A stretch of 64,000 nt of DNA, from the IMG/VR virus record IMGVR_UViG_3300035698_018106, positions 166,717 to 230,716 of that record; one strand, given 5' to 3'. This DNA is from a virus. Under the pieces are notes generated by a model that searched no databases, was not told the DNA's origin, and saw only the letters and a program-made list of their open reading frames with translations. How positions within the stretch are numbered: position 1 is the first letter of the stretch; each line of letters opens with the position of its first letter. A program made the translations under genes and the position numbers. Below, piece after piece: positions 28,710-39,669 of this stretch.

Positions 28710-29956
28710 GAATATTAGTTTTAGATACATTAATCCAAACAGTGGATTTTGATAAACCAGTAAGAGGAGGATTAGTTAAAGCAGTATGGAATGATGTTAT
28801 AGCATTATCAGAACGTCATGATGTTTTTTATATGTATTATGGAAAAGCAACATTTGATTATAAATTTCATTCAGTTATATTAGGGAAAAAAGGTGCTAAA
28901 GATTGGTGTGTAACAAATAAGAAAAAGACATCTTTATCTCATTATAGATTAAGAAAAGAAATTCCAACTTATATTAATACTATATCAGATATACAGCCTG
29001 ATATATTAATTATAAATGTTGAATCTAAATCTATGTATCTAGAACAAATTGCGAAAAAATTTATAGATATACCAAAGATTTTTGTCTTCTATGATGGTGT
29101 TTCTAATAATGATTTATTTGGAACGGCCGGAATTATAGGCACAATCATTAAACTTAAAAAATATAATTCTGTTATCACTACCATATCAGAGTATACAAGA
29201 TATACAATAACTCAGGTTATGATTGATAGAGAACCTGATATGAGAAAATATTATAAGTTTATGGAAGAAATCAAAGATGTTAATACTTATCAATTATTTG
29301 ATGGGGTATTTGATCATTTTGTTTACTATGACAATAAAATAAAATTAGATATTATAGAAAATGAAGACTTTTCTGTAAATATAGGAAGATACCAAAAGAA
29401 AAAAGGAGTTTTAGATTTACTTCTTCTACATAAGTTTAATAACCATATGGTTAAACTTTTTGGTATCAAAGATCCAGTATGGGATGAAGGATTAAAAGAT
29501 TACAAAAAGATAGTTGCAGCAGTTGAACAATATGATAATTATATCTTATGTGAAGCTTTTTCTGATGAAGAATTAATCAATGATGCTAAAGGAGGTAATA
29601 ACATCATCATTTCATGTCCAGTTGAAGGATTTGGATATACTGCATTTGAAATGGGTATATATGGTATGCCCTGTGTTATTCTAAAACACGGAGAAAGACA
29701 TGCAACTGAAGAATATCTAAAAAAGATTGGAGCATCATATGTTGTAATTAATAAGAAACAAAATAAAAATTGGAAAGAAGAATTATATAGTGCTATTTTA
29801 CTCACTAAATTATCATTAGAAGAAAAAGAAGAGAATGCTAAGAAATTCTTAGATTATTTTACTAAAGATAATTATATAGACGAAAGAGAAATGTTTATTC
29901 AAATGGCTATTAAAAAGATAGAGGACAACTCTGCTAATTCAAATAAATTATTTTAA
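28706..29956 (+). CDS. putative GT-B glycosyltransferase (GT4-like)
   Basis: C-terminal CPVEGFGYTAFEMGIYGMPCVI resembles the GT4 E..FG...EAMA.G.PVI motif. Confidence 0.4.
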   Translation: MRILVLDTLIQTVDFDKPVRGGLVKAVWNDVIALSERHDVFYMYYGKATFDYKFHSVILGKKGAKDWCVTNKKKTSLSHYRLRKEIPTYINTISDIQPDILIINVESKSMYLEQIAKKFIDIPKIFVFYDGVSNNDLFGTAGIIGTIIKLKKYNSVITTISEYTRYTITQVMIDREPDMRKYYKFMEEIKDVNTYQLFDGVFDHFVYYDNKIKLDIIENEDFSVNIGRYQKKKGVLDLLLLHKFNNHMVKLFGIKDPVWDEGLKDYKKIVAAVEQYDNYILCEAFSDEELINDAKGGNNIIISCPVEGFGYTAFEMGIYGMPCVILKHGERHATEEYLKKIGASYVVINKKQNKNWKEELYSAILLTKLSLEEKEENAKKFLDYFTKDNYIDEREMFIQMAIKKIEDNSANSNKLF

Positions 29957-30069
29957 GTGAACTTAAATGAAAATTATAACAAATATTTATTGGAATATAA
30001 AACTTTATTAAATGACTATCCTAATACAAATAATTGGGAAATTAATCATCGTAAAAAAATTTTAAGAGA

Positions 30070-30804
30070 ATGGATTCTAAACGAACAAAACAAATAATCA
30101 TCAAATCTAAGATAAAAGAAATTTTTTCTGTTTATATAGAAAATACTAAATATAATGTATATGATATAGAAGATAAAAGACATGATGGATATAATGACAT
30201 GCCAGCGACATGGTGGTTATATTTTGATAAAGTAAAACCAGGATTTATACCTTCTATAGATTCTGAAAATTGGACTCCATTTGATATAGGAATAAAACGT
30301 CACCTATGGGAGTTTGATATTAAACAAACTAATACTCATAAAATTAAATGGGAGGATAATAGATTCTCTAATAATATAAGAGTAGATATGATTTGTAATA
30401 AAAAGAAAATTTATTCATTTGGAACATTTGATATAAATTTTGCTTTTTCAAAAATTCAATATTTAATGGTAGTAATATCTGAACATCCATATAATTTTTA
30501 TGAATCAGAAAAAGAACTAGGTAGAAAAATATTTTTCTATGGTTTACCATCAACGGTTAAACCTTCTGACGCATATCCTGGAGAAATTAGTATTGTTCCA
30601 GAATATTCTGATGAATTACCACTCGATGTATGGTGGGATGAATATTCAAAACGTAAAAATCCTGTTATAAGTAGCATTCTACCAGAAGAAGATACAGAAG
30701 ACTATCAAATGGAAGAAGAACAAATATCAGAACACAAAGATTATGGATCTATTAATTGGGGTGATGCATTAAGTGACGGTAATATTGATTGGTTTAGAAG
30801 TTAA
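30070..30804 (+). CDS. hypothetical protein
   Basis: ORF only. Confidence 0.35.
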   Translation: MDSKRTKQIIIKSKIKEIFSVYIENTKYNVYDIEDKRHDGYNDMPATWWLYFDKVKPGFIPSIDSENWTPFDIGIKRHLWEFDIKQTNTHKIKWEDNRFSNNIRVDMICNKKKIYSFGTFDINFAFSKIQYLMVVISEHPYNFYESEKELGRKIFFYGLPSTVKPSDAYPGEISIVPEYSDELPLDVWWDEYSKRKNPVISSILPEEDTEDYQMEEEQISEHKDYGSINWGDALSDGNIDWFRS

Positions 30805-30822
30805 AAATTCAAAAAATTAAAA

Positions 30823-32259
30823 ATGCAAAAAAATAAATACGAAGGATTACGAATTGCTAACATTGCTGCGCAGGGTGCAGATGGCTGTGGTGTTCAAGCT
30901 GGCTCTAAACAATTAATGATTTGGGCTAAAAAGAATAATGTAACAGTAGATTACTATGCATATAATAGAAAATATACAAGATCAGATGGCCATGATATGC
31001 CAATTAATTATTTCGGAATATCAAAAAAGAAGAAAGATAAAGATTTAAAGGGACTTAGAGAAACAGCTGAATATATTAATGATAATTATGATATTGTAAT
31101 GTTCATGAATTATCCAAATGCTAAATCGGATCCAGAAGTATATAAAGGATTTTATTTTGATTTTTTCGAAGTTATTCAAAAACCCCAGAAAGCGTTGTAT
31201 ATTCATGAGATAAGAGGTGCTCAATTTAATAGATTAGCTTATATAGTTCCAATGATTGTTAATTCTGATATAGTATTTCATTTTGAAACTACAACTACTC
31301 TTGCTACATTAATAGATAAAATTGGATTGCAAAAGAGATTTGAGAGATTACATAAATATACCCTTTGGATGGATTTCGATGACCTTGACCAATGGAGAAA
31401 TAAGTATATTAATAACAAACAATTGGGTGTATCTAGTGTCACTAGATGGTCATCTAGTAAGAATGTAAGGCGGACGATAGATATCATGGATGAAGTTCAA
31501 CAATTAAAACCTGATTGGGACTGTCAAATACATGGAATTGAAAGATCTATGGGGGCTAAGATTGATGTTTTAGATTATCCAAAGACAATTTACGTAAATC
31601 CAAATGGGAAAAAAGATAATGAATATCATGGTTGTGTATTAGTATCAGGACCAGTTGATAGAAATATTGGAGTTGATATTGTATCATCGCATATGTTTTC
31701 TACTGCATTTTGGAGTATGCCAAGAGATCCAGAGAATTATGGAAATAGAATGGAGTATACTCAAATTGAAATTATAGGAGCAGGCACAATCCCAATTCTA
31801 GATAAGCATTGGGGAGAAAATAATAGAACAAGAGATGGTAAACGATATATTGATATACCTTATTCAGCTGTATATACTGACGGTAATGATCTTAAAGGGA
31901 TTGCAGAAACGCTAATTAAAATAGCTAATGATAAAGAATTAAGGCAAAAATATCTAGATACAGCATATTCATTAGTAGTACAAGAATTTGGAGCAGATAC
32001 TATTATACCTGAAGCTATTGATATGATTCAAAGTGTTGGTAAGAATAAAAAAATAATGGATATCAAAGAAATAAGTAAAACTTTCATGAATGATACTTTT
32101 GCCGAAGAAATTTCTAAATTAGAATTAAAAGGAAAACAACCTGTTTATAATATAGATTCTTTTCTTAATGGAAAGATAAGTATATTAGAAAATAAGAAGG
32201 AAGTTTTTATTAAGAAAATCAAGAAAACCACCGGTGGAAAAACTAAATCTTTATTTTAA
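30823..32259 (+). CDS. hypothetical protein (possible glycosyltransferase)
   Basis: Long ORF in the glycosyltransferase island; no firm motif. Confidence 0.35.
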   Translation: MQKNKYEGLRIANIAAQGADGCGVQAGSKQLMIWAKKNNVTVDYYAYNRKYTRSDGHDMPINYFGISKKKKDKDLKGLRETAEYINDNYDIVMFMNYPNAKSDPEVYKGFYFDFFEVIQKPQKALYIHEIRGAQFNRLAYIVPMIVNSDIVFHFETTTTLATLIDKIGLQKRFERLHKYTLWMDFDDLDQWRNKYINNKQLGVSSVTRWSSSKNVRRTIDIMDEVQQLKPDWDCQIHGIERSMGAKIDVLDYPKTIYVNPNGKKDNEYHGCVLVSGPVDRNIGVDIVSSHMFSTAFWSMPRDPENYGNRMEYTQIEIIGAGTIPILDKHWGENNRTRDGKRYIDIPYSAVYTDGNDLKGIAETLIKIANDKELRQKYLDTAYSLVVQEFGADTIIPEAIDMIQSVGKNKKIMDIKEISKTFMNDTFAEEISKLELKGKQPVYNIDSFLNGKISILENKKEVFIKKIKKTTGGKTKSLF

Positions 32260-32867
32260 TGGGAAAAACAACAAATATTATAGGAAATTACTGTCATGAT
32301 TTATTACCACTCTGTCTAGGTGATACATCTATAACAGGAGAACGAACTAAAAAAGAATTAATTTTATTAAATGTAACCGTTAATACAGGTACCATGAATG
32401 CTTCTAAAGCCCGACAACATTTAGATGATATTAATATACATATTCAAAAAGTTACAAGCTCTATAGAAGAAGAAACTAATTATTGTGTCAAATTCTTTAT
32501 TATTCCATCTAATGCTGATACAAAAATAGAATGTATCTTTCCCACAAATAAATCTAATGTTGATATAACAGAGTTAATAGAATTATTTAATAAACCAATA
32601 AAGTCTGATATAGTTGATGAAGACATAGAGAATTTAATAAATGAAAAGGAAGATGAAAAGGAAGACATGTATCATGGTCTCTTCAAAAAATCAATAGATT
32701 CTAAAAAGTTTGAAGCTCAGGATAAGGCTAGATTAAAGAATAATTTTAGACCTAGTGCTTTTGATTTAAAAGGAGAGAAAAAGGCCCATACTCATTTTAG
32801 AAATTTAGAAACCAGAGATTCCCGACATTTTATGAAGAAAATTTCAGGGATAAGTCTCAATGAATAA
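32259..32867 (+). CDS. hypothetical protein
   Basis: ORF only. Confidence 0.35.
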   Translation: MGKTTNIIGNYCHDLLPLCLGDTSITGERTKKELILLNVTVNTGTMNASKARQHLDDINIHIQKVTSSIEEETNYCVKFFIIPSNADTKIECIFPTNKSNVDITELIELFNKPIKSDIVDEDIENLINEKEDEKEDMYHGLFKKSIDSKKFEAQDKARLKNNFRPSAFDLKGEKKAHTHFRNLETRDSRHFMKKISGISLNE

Positions 32868-32873
32868 TGAATA

Positions 32874-33599
32874 ATGAATATAATAAACCAGAGATTTGAT
32901 AAAGTTGTATGTATAAATCTTATTAATAGACCTGATAAGAAAAAGAACATGCAAGAGAAGTTTGATAAATTAGGAATAGAAGTAGAATGGTTTGACGCAG
33001 TGCCTTATGGTTTTGCGAAAGATATAGTTGATTCTTTACCTAATATGAATACATCTAATACTTTTCCTAGATTTAATAAGAAAACACCTAATGAATTTGG
33101 TGCTAGTATGTCTCATTACACTGTGATAAAAACAGCTTTATTACAAGGTCACGATAATATCTTTGTTTTTGAGGATGATGTAATGTTTAGAAAAGACTTT
33201 AAAAAACATTTTGAACAATCTTATAACACATTACCTAAAAATTGGGATATGATTAATTTATATTCATTTATGTATAAAATTAATTCGGAAAATATTAGAA
33301 TAAATGCAAGATGGATTAAATCTTCTCAAGGATGGTCTTTAATGGCATATGGAATGAATAGAAAAGCTATGCTCAGATATATAGTAGAACAAGATAAATA
33401 CTTCCGGATTGCAGATTTAGTTTCATATGAGATGCAAAATAAAGACTTAAATATATATTCAGCTATACCTACTCTTGCTGTACCTAATCAATCATTAGGA
33501 AGTAATATAAGAGAAAATATGAATTATGCTAAAACTAGTGCAGCCGTACAAGCTACTACTGTATTAAATATGGGTTATGGTAATGAAAATTATGAATAA
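32874..33599 (+). CDS. glycosyltransferase family 25 (LPS-biosynthesis Lic2B/LgtB-like)
   Basis: FDKVVCINLINRPDKKKNM...LGIEVEWFDAV, GASMSHYTV and IFVFEDD are typical of GT25. Confidence 0.55.
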   Translation: MNIINQRFDKVVCINLINRPDKKKNMQEKFDKLGIEVEWFDAVPYGFAKDIVDSLPNMNTSNTFPRFNKKTPNEFGASMSHYTVIKTALLQGHDNIFVFEDDVMFRKDFKKHFEQSYNTLPKNWDMINLYSFMYKINSENIRINARWIKSSQGWSLMAYGMNRKAMLRYIVEQDKYFRIADLVSYEMQNKDLNIYSAIPTLAVPNQSLGSNIRENMNYAKTSAAVQATTVLNMGYGNENYE

Positions 33600-33601
33600 T
33601 T

Positions 33602-33787
33602 ATGAATAGAAAAAGTATAAGATCTCATCCAATATGGAGTCAATTAGAAGATATGAAATTAGGAGAAGAAATTCAAGAAGATGTTTGGAACATAGTAAAA
33701 ATTCCAGGAGGCTTTATAGTTAGCAGATTAAATTATAATAGTGTATTTGTCCCGGAACAAAGTTCTGTCCATAGTTTTAATCGTTAA
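33602..33787 (+). CDS. hypothetical small protein
   Basis: ORF only. Confidence 0.25.
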   Translation: MNRKSIRSHPIWSQLEDMKLGEEIQEDVWNIVKIPGGFIVSRLNYNSVFVPEQSSVHSFNR

Positions 33788-33811
33788 ATGTCCACCCTTT
33801 AAAAAAATAAT

Positions 33812-34723
33812 ATGTCTAGTATACAAGAAGCTTATCAATCTAAGATTAACAAAAGAAAAAAATTAAATGGTACATTAAAAATTGCATATGCTAATTTTTG
33901 GCCAGAATGGAATGAAGAAAATTTCATAAAACCAATTCTTAATTATCATTTTAACGTTGTAATAGATCAAAAAAATCCTGATGTAGTTTTTCATTCTATA
34001 TTTGGTGGATTAAATGAAGTATCTAAATATACTAAAGCAAAGAAAATATTATTTTTAGGAGAAAATCACCGACCTAAAAAATATGGATCTGATTATTCTA
34101 TATCTTTTGATCCTACTTCAGATACAAATTTTAGACTTCCATTATGGCAAGCATATATGTTTTTAAACTCTGGATATTTTAATAGATTATTTAAAAGAGA
34201 AAATATAGGATTGTTTGATAGATTTTGTTCTTTTACTGTTTCAAATCCGGCTAATTTTATGAGAAATAGTATGTATCAGCAAATGAATTCATATAAACGA
34301 GTTCACTCATATGGTAGATATTTACCTAATGATCAAGGATTACAAAATGCATCTAAAGGAAATTATTGGAGAGATGTAAAAGATAAATTTTTCCAAGAAA
34401 ATACTCATAAATTTGCTATAACATACGAAAACTCTCCTTATCCTGGCTACACAACAGAAAAATTAATGGATGCTTTCTTGGTAGGTTCAATGCCAATATA
34501 TTGGGGCGATCCTAAAGTTAAAGAAGATTTTAATGAAAAAGCTTTTATTAATGTTAGCGATTATGGAGGTAATTTAATGAATGTAATTAAAAAAATGGAT
34601 ACTGATAGAGATGTATTTGATGCAAAATACAATCAGCCAGTTTTTACTGATTTACAAAAAGATAAATTTTTAAATAATTTAAACGAATTCGAAAATTGGT
34701 TAGTTAATAACATAAAAAAATAA
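33812..34723 (+). CDS. alpha-1,3-fucosyltransferase (GT10)
   Basis: KFAITYENSPYPGYTTEKLMDAFLVGSMPIYWG matches the GT10 signature FxLxFENS...GYxTEK(L/F)xDA...G.PIY.G. Confidence 0.6.
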   Translation: MSSIQEAYQSKINKRKKLNGTLKIAYANFWPEWNEENFIKPILNYHFNVVIDQKNPDVVFHSIFGGLNEVSKYTKAKKILFLGENHRPKKYGSDYSISFDPTSDTNFRLPLWQAYMFLNSGYFNRLFKRENIGLFDRFCSFTVSNPANFMRNSMYQQMNSYKRVHSYGRYLPNDQGLQNASKGNYWRDVKDKFFQENTHKFAITYENSPYPGYTTEKLMDAFLVGSMPIYWGDPKVKEDFNEKAFINVSDYGGNLMNVIKKMDTDRDVFDAKYNQPVFTDLQKDKFLNNLNEFENWLVNNIKK

Positions 34724-34727
34724 AACA

Positions 34728-35497
34728 ATGATAAAAATTAATAAAAATAATATAAGCTTTTTTGTTTCACCTGACACAATACATTTAGAATGGTTTACTA
34801 AAAGATATCAAGATTGGGAACCAAATTCTTTTGATATAATAAAGAAATTTATTGAGCCATCAAAAACTTTTATTGATATAGGAGCACATATAGGGTTGAT
34901 ATTATTATATGCTGCCCCTTTCTTTAAAAAAATATTGGAATAGAATGTGATCCTGTCGCTTTTGATTCATTAAAGAAAAATATAGATATGAACTTTTTCA
35001 AAAATAAAGTATTTTTAGAAGAAGTAGCTATTAATGACAAAGAAGAAGATGTTTTCATTGGAGCAGCAGGAAGATCTGCTAAATGGGGAGGAAGTGGTAT
35101 AGCTTTTGATAATTCTGGAATTAATACGAAAAAAGTTAATGGAGTTTCTATTGATTATATAGAAGAAAAATATAGTTTAGATAATGTTGGTTTAGTTAAA
35201 ATCGATATTGAAGGAGGTGAAGCTAAAGTGTTAGAAAGTATGAAATTTTTCTTTATCCGTCATCAAGCTAATATGTTTTTATCTTTACATCCGCATTTAA
35301 TGAGTATTGATAATATCGAAAAAACAATTGATGATATATATGATACATTTAATTATGTTTATGATGATAAGTTACAGTTAATGGAACGAGAATTTGCTAT
35401 TAATAAATATATCAATAATAAAAAACTTATAGAATTAGGTAAAATGAATAGTAGTGAACATCAAGAAATAATTGGAACATTTTCTAAAATTAAATAA
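34728..35497 (+). pseudogene. FkbM-family methyltransferase split by a 1-nt frameshift in an A7 run (ORFs 34728..34943 and 34988..35497)
   Basis: The N-terminal part carries FIDIGAHIG; the C-terminal part carries VKIDIEGGEAKVLE. Reading from 34934 in the second frame gives IGIECDPVAFDSLKKNIDMNFF, and an 8th A would fuse the two ORFs. Confidence 0.55.
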
Positions 35498-35513
35498 AAA
35501 GTATAATTAAATA

Positions 35514-36344
35514 TTGATAACAAAATTAAAAATACATGATATGAAAAAGCCGATTATAATAACAGCTTTTAATGATAATCCAACTTATTATTCTTTCGTT
35601 GAATCATCATTTAAAATGTGGAAAAAGTTTGGATATAATATTAAAGCCGCTTATATTTCTAATAATCATAATCCTGAAGTTATTAAAAATACAGAAAAAT
35701 ATGGTGAAATAATTAAATATCCAAATATAAATGGTATTGAATCAGGAGTTCAAAGTAAAATATCTAGAATGATATTAGCGTCAGAACAATCTTATTTTTG
35801 GATTGTTGATATTGATTGGTATATTTTAAATATTAATTGGTTTGAGGAAAAATTTAAACTTTTTAATGGCATGAATATAGTAGCCCAGGATGTATATGGT
35901 GGTAATAATACAGATTCTACTAAATGGCCAATGTGGAGTAATTTTGGATCAGGAAATAAACTTAAAGAAATTATTAATCCAAATAACTTAAATTACGAAG
36001 AATTAATTAAAACTTGGCAAAATATTGGATCTAAATTTGATATTATGGAAGATGTTAATAATTCATTTAAACAATTTTCAGATGAATCATTAATGAGAAG
36101 ATTATTTAATGATGCTAACTATGATATTAAAAGATATAAAAGAATGGAGCCTAATATATTTAATAGTCATGTAAATAGTCCATTGTATTATAGAAATGTA
36201 TGGAGACGTATTGATAGAGCTTGGAATTGGAATTATTATAAAGAAGATATAGAAAATGGACAATATTTAGATTGTTTTCCAAAGAGACCTTTAAATAAAA
36301 AAGATCATGTAATATCTGAAATTTTTAAATACATTGATATATGA
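35514..36344 (+). CDS. hypothetical protein (possible glycosyltransferase)
   Basis: ORF only. Confidence 0.35.
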   Translation: MITKLKIHDMKKPIIITAFNDNPTYYSFVESSFKMWKKFGYNIKAAYISNNHNPEVIKNTEKYGEIIKYPNINGIESGVQSKISRMILASEQSYFWIVDIDWYILNINWFEEKFKLFNGMNIVAQDVYGGNNTDSTKWPMWSNFGSGNKLKEIINPNNLNYEELIKTWQNIGSKFDIMEDVNNSFKQFSDESLMRRLFNDANYDIKRYKRMEPNIFNSHVNSPLYYRNVWRRIDRAWNWNYYKEDIENGQYLDCFPKRPLNKKDHVISEIFKYIDI

Positions 36345-37030
36345 TACAGCCAACAGCAGTTTTAAACTTAGAAAGAGGTAAATCTCGCAAAGCATTAATG
36401 TCCAAACAACTAGATGCTAAAGGTATACCATACTTTTTCTTTCCTGCATTTGATGGGAAGGATATTATTAATTTTTCTGTACATGGACATATTACTTATG
36501 GGTCAGGTATAGGTAGAAAATTTAATCCAGCAGAAATAGCAATTACAAATGGACATATGTCTGTTATAAAACATGCTGAAGTTATGAATTATGATCATAT
36601 TATAATTCTAGAAGATGATATAGTTGTTTGTGATGACTGGAATAAAAGAATAAATTGGATTTTAGAAAATGTTCCAGAAGATTGGGACTATATCTATTTA
36701 TCAGGTCATTCTGATTATATAAAAATCCCAATCTTTGAAGAACCAAACATAATAAAAGCTCCGAAAATGGTTGGAGCTTTTTCATATATTGTTAATAAGA
36801 AAGCCTATTCTAAAATTACAAAATTTTGTAGTTCATATATCACTACATATGATGATATGATTATGCATATGATTGATTTAGGCAAAATAAATGGGTATTT
36901 GGCACTTCCTTTTTTAACATTTCATGATGCAAATGAATCAATGATATGGCAGGAAGATCCATTAAAATATAAAAAGAATGATAATGATCATCATTCATCA
37001 TATAAATATTTTAGAAATAATATATTATGA
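36341..37030 (+). CDS. glycosyltransferase family 25
   Basis: AVLNLERGKSRKALMSKQL...GIPYFFFPAFDG, ITNGHMSVIKH and IIILEDD. Confidence 0.5.
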   Translation: MIQPTAVLNLERGKSRKALMSKQLDAKGIPYFFFPAFDGKDIINFSVHGHITYGSGIGRKFNPAEIAITNGHMSVIKHAEVMNYDHIIILEDDIVVCDDWNKRINWILENVPEDWDYIYLSGHSDYIKIPIFEEPNIIKAPKMVGAFSYIVNKKAYSKITKFCSSYITTYDDMIMHMIDLGKINGYLALPFLTFHDANESMIWQEDPLKYKKNDNDHHSSYKYFRNNIL

Positions 37031-37728
37031 CCGAAATTTTTATTTACCATCATATGGGATTAGGTGATTATTTAATATTAAATGGATTTGTCAGAAATGT
37101 AGCAGAATCTTATGATAGAATATGGTTATTCGCGAAACCTGGTAATGAATCAAAAAATATTAGGAGGTTATATAAAGACAATAAAAAAATAATTATCATA
37201 TCTTTAAATGATAAAGAAGTTCATGATTATATGAGAATATTCGCCTTTAATAATTATATGGTAGTTGGCCATACTCCTGATTTTTTTAAAAGAGTAGATG
37301 ATCCAACAAATGGGAAAACTTTTGATGAGTTATTTTTTGAAGATCACAATATACCATTTGAATATAAATGGGATAAATTTCATTATGAACGAGATTTAGA
37401 AAAAGAAAAAGAAGTGTTCTATGATATATTAGGATTAGATGATAAATCAGAGTTTAATTTTATTCATGAAAACAAAGTCAGACCGGTTATAAGAGGAATT
37501 GATAGAAATATAATGGCTATACATCCAGATAATCCAGCCATAAGTATATTTGATTATCTTTATACTATTGAAAAAGCAAAAGAAGTTCATGTAATGAATA
37601 GTTCTTTTATGAATTTAATAGATTGTATTCAATTAAGACAAGGTGGATTGTTTTATCATGAGTATAGCCGGCCAGGAATTAATACTAGGTTAAGATTACC
37701 ATGGAAAGTATTTACAGTAAAACTATGA
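37027..37728 (+). CDS. hypothetical protein
   Basis: ORF only. Confidence 0.35.
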   Translation: MTEIFIYHHMGLGDYLILNGFVRNVAESYDRIWLFAKPGNESKNIRRLYKDNKKIIIISLNDKEVHDYMRIFAFNNYMVVGHTPDFFKRVDDPTNGKTFDELFFEDHNIPFEYKWDKFHYERDLEKEKEVFYDILGLDDKSEFNFIHENKVRPVIRGIDRNIMAIHPDNPAISIFDYLYTIEKAKEVHVMNSSFMNLIDCIQLRQGGLFYHEYSRPGINTRLRLPWKVFTVKL

Positions 37729-37756
37729 TAAAAATTTAACATATAAAAATAAAACA

Positions 37757-38389
37757 ATGAGATTTAGTGAAGATTGGTATTCCCAAGCCGGACAAGATCA
37801 ATGGGTAACCGAATTCTTTAAAAATAAAAGAAATGGATATTTCTTAGATATTGGAGCCCATGATGGATGGGGAGATAACAACACATATTATTTAGAAAAA
37901 GAATTAGGATGGACAGGTATTTGTTTTGAACCTGGTATACAGGAATATACAAAATGTAAATCATTGCGAACCAAAGCTAAAGTTGTTCCAATAGCAGCAT
38001 GGAGTTCAGAAGCTACATTAAAATTTGGTACGTATGATGGATTAGCTAGACAAGTAACATCGGATGCAGATAAAATTGGATTTCCAGTTAAAGCTATGAC
38101 ACTTACTTCTATATTTAAAAAATATAATGTCCCAAAAATAATTGACTATATTAGTTTAGACGTAGAAAATTCTGAAATTGAAGCTCTAAAAGGATTTCCT
38201 TTTGATACACATATTGGAATTATATGGACAATAGAGCATAATCTATATAGAAATGATGGATGGCTAAAAAAAGGTATTAAAGAAATTATGTTAGCTAATG
38301 GCTATATTATGTACAAAGAAAATGTATCATGTAAAGATTCTAATTGGGAACCTTTTGAAGATTGGTATGTTCATAAAAATTATATTTAA
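37757..38389 (+). CDS. FkbM-family methyltransferase
   Basis: FLDIGAHDG, ICFEP and ISLDVENSEIEAL. Confidence 0.55.
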   Translation: MRFSEDWYSQAGQDQWVTEFFKNKRNGYFLDIGAHDGWGDNNTYYLEKELGWTGICFEPGIQEYTKCKSLRTKAKVVPIAAWSSEATLKFGTYDGLARQVTSDADKIGFPVKAMTLTSIFKKYNVPKIIDYISLDVENSEIEALKGFPFDTHIGIIWTIEHNLYRNDGWLKKGIKEIMLANGYIMYKENVSCKDSNWEPFEDWYVHKNYI

Positions 38390-38769
38390 TGATAGTAACT
38401 ATACCAATATCTATAGGAGAATTATATGATAAAATTTCTATTTTAGAAATTAAATCTGATATGTTATTTAATGATAGAGAAAAAGCAAATAATGTAGATT
38501 ATGAGTTAAGAGAATTATGTAAAATAGCTGAAAACTATCCTATAGATCCAGGCATATATATAAGATTATCATCTATGAATAAACGAATATGGGATATAGA
38601 AGATGGTATTAGAGAATGTGAAAAAGATAAACATTTTAAAGAACGTTTTATTGATTTGGCTAGAGCTGTATATTTAAATAATGATGAACGCGCAGAAATA
38701 AAAAGGCAAATCAATATTGAGTATAAATCAGAAATTATAGAAGAAAAATCATATGCAAACTATAAATAG
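38389..38769 (+). CDS. hypothetical protein
   Basis: ORF only. Confidence 0.35.
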   Translation: MIVTIPISIGELYDKISILEIKSDMLFNDREKANNVDYELRELCKIAENYPIDPGIYIRLSSMNKRIWDIEDGIRECEKDKHFKERFIDLARAVYLNNDERAEIKRQINIEYKSEIIEEKSYANYK

Positions 38770-38802
38770 TTACGCCAAAGTCCAATCAAATAACCCGAAT
38801 AT

Positions 38803-39474
38803 ATGAAAAAGTTAATTAGTTTCTCTTTATGGGGAAATGATCAAAAATACACAAGAGGTGCTATAGAAAATATACGCCTTCAAAAACAATTTTATAAAGG
38901 ATGGACATGTAGATTCTATATACATGCTAAATCAGTCCATCCTGATCTTATATCATTCATTCACCAAGAAGGTGGAGAAGTAATATTAAAATCAGATGAT
39001 CCAGGATTAGAAAATTACTCTACTAATGGTATTCACATGGGTTGGTTCTGGAGATTTGATGTAATGAATGATCCGGAAGTAGAAAGATTCATTATTAGAG
39101 ATATTGATAGTAGATTATCATTAAGAGAACGTGTATGTGTAAAAGATTGGGAAATGACTAAATCTCCTTTCCATATCATAAGAGATAATAAAATGCATGG
39201 GGTTCCTATGTTAGCAGGTACATGGGGTGCGACTAAAGAATTTTCTGATTCTATAGACTATAAAAATCTTTTAGACAAATTTATTAAAGATAATCCTGTT
39301 AATAATCCTGCTTATGGCGGTTATGATCAGTTCTTTCTAAGTACTATAATATATCCTCTTATAAAAAATAAAACATGTGTTCATGACGATTTCTTTAATT
39401 ATGAACCTCAAAAAAGAAAAATACCTCATATACGAACAAATAATGAATTCATAGGACAACCAATAAATATTTAA
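38803..39474 (+). CDS. hypothetical protein, possible GT-A glycosyltransferase (DxD-like RDID)
   Basis: RFIIRDIDSR and GGYDQFF. Confidence 0.3.
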   Translation: MKKLISFSLWGNDQKYTRGAIENIRLQKQFYKGWTCRFYIHAKSVHPDLISFIHQEGGEVILKSDDPGLENYSTNGIHMGWFWRFDVMNDPEVERFIIRDIDSRLSLRERVCVKDWEMTKSPFHIIRDNKMHGVPMLAGTWGATKEFSDSIDYKNLLDKFIKDNPVNNPAYGGYDQFFLSTIIYPLIKNKTCVHDDFFNYEPQKRKIPHIRTNNEFIGQPINI

Positions 39475-39477
39475 AAT

Positions 39478-39669
39478 ATGAAAACAACAGAACAAAGAAA
39501 ACTAGATAAAAATTTTAGAAAATTAGAAATTTTAGCGTCAAGAGATCCAAAACGCAATATGTGTCCTGAATCAGATTGTATATACGTTAAACATTCTGAA
39601 GATTCTGGAGTTTCTTATGAAAAATGTAATCGTTGTGGTAGAATTAAAAATGTTAATCATAGAGTATGA
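39478..39669 (+). CDS. small zinc-ribbon protein
   Basis: CPESDC...CNRCG. Confidence 0.3.
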   Translation: MKTTEQRKLDKNFRKLEILASRDPKRNMCPESDCIYVKHSEDSGVSYEKCNRCGRIKNVNHRV

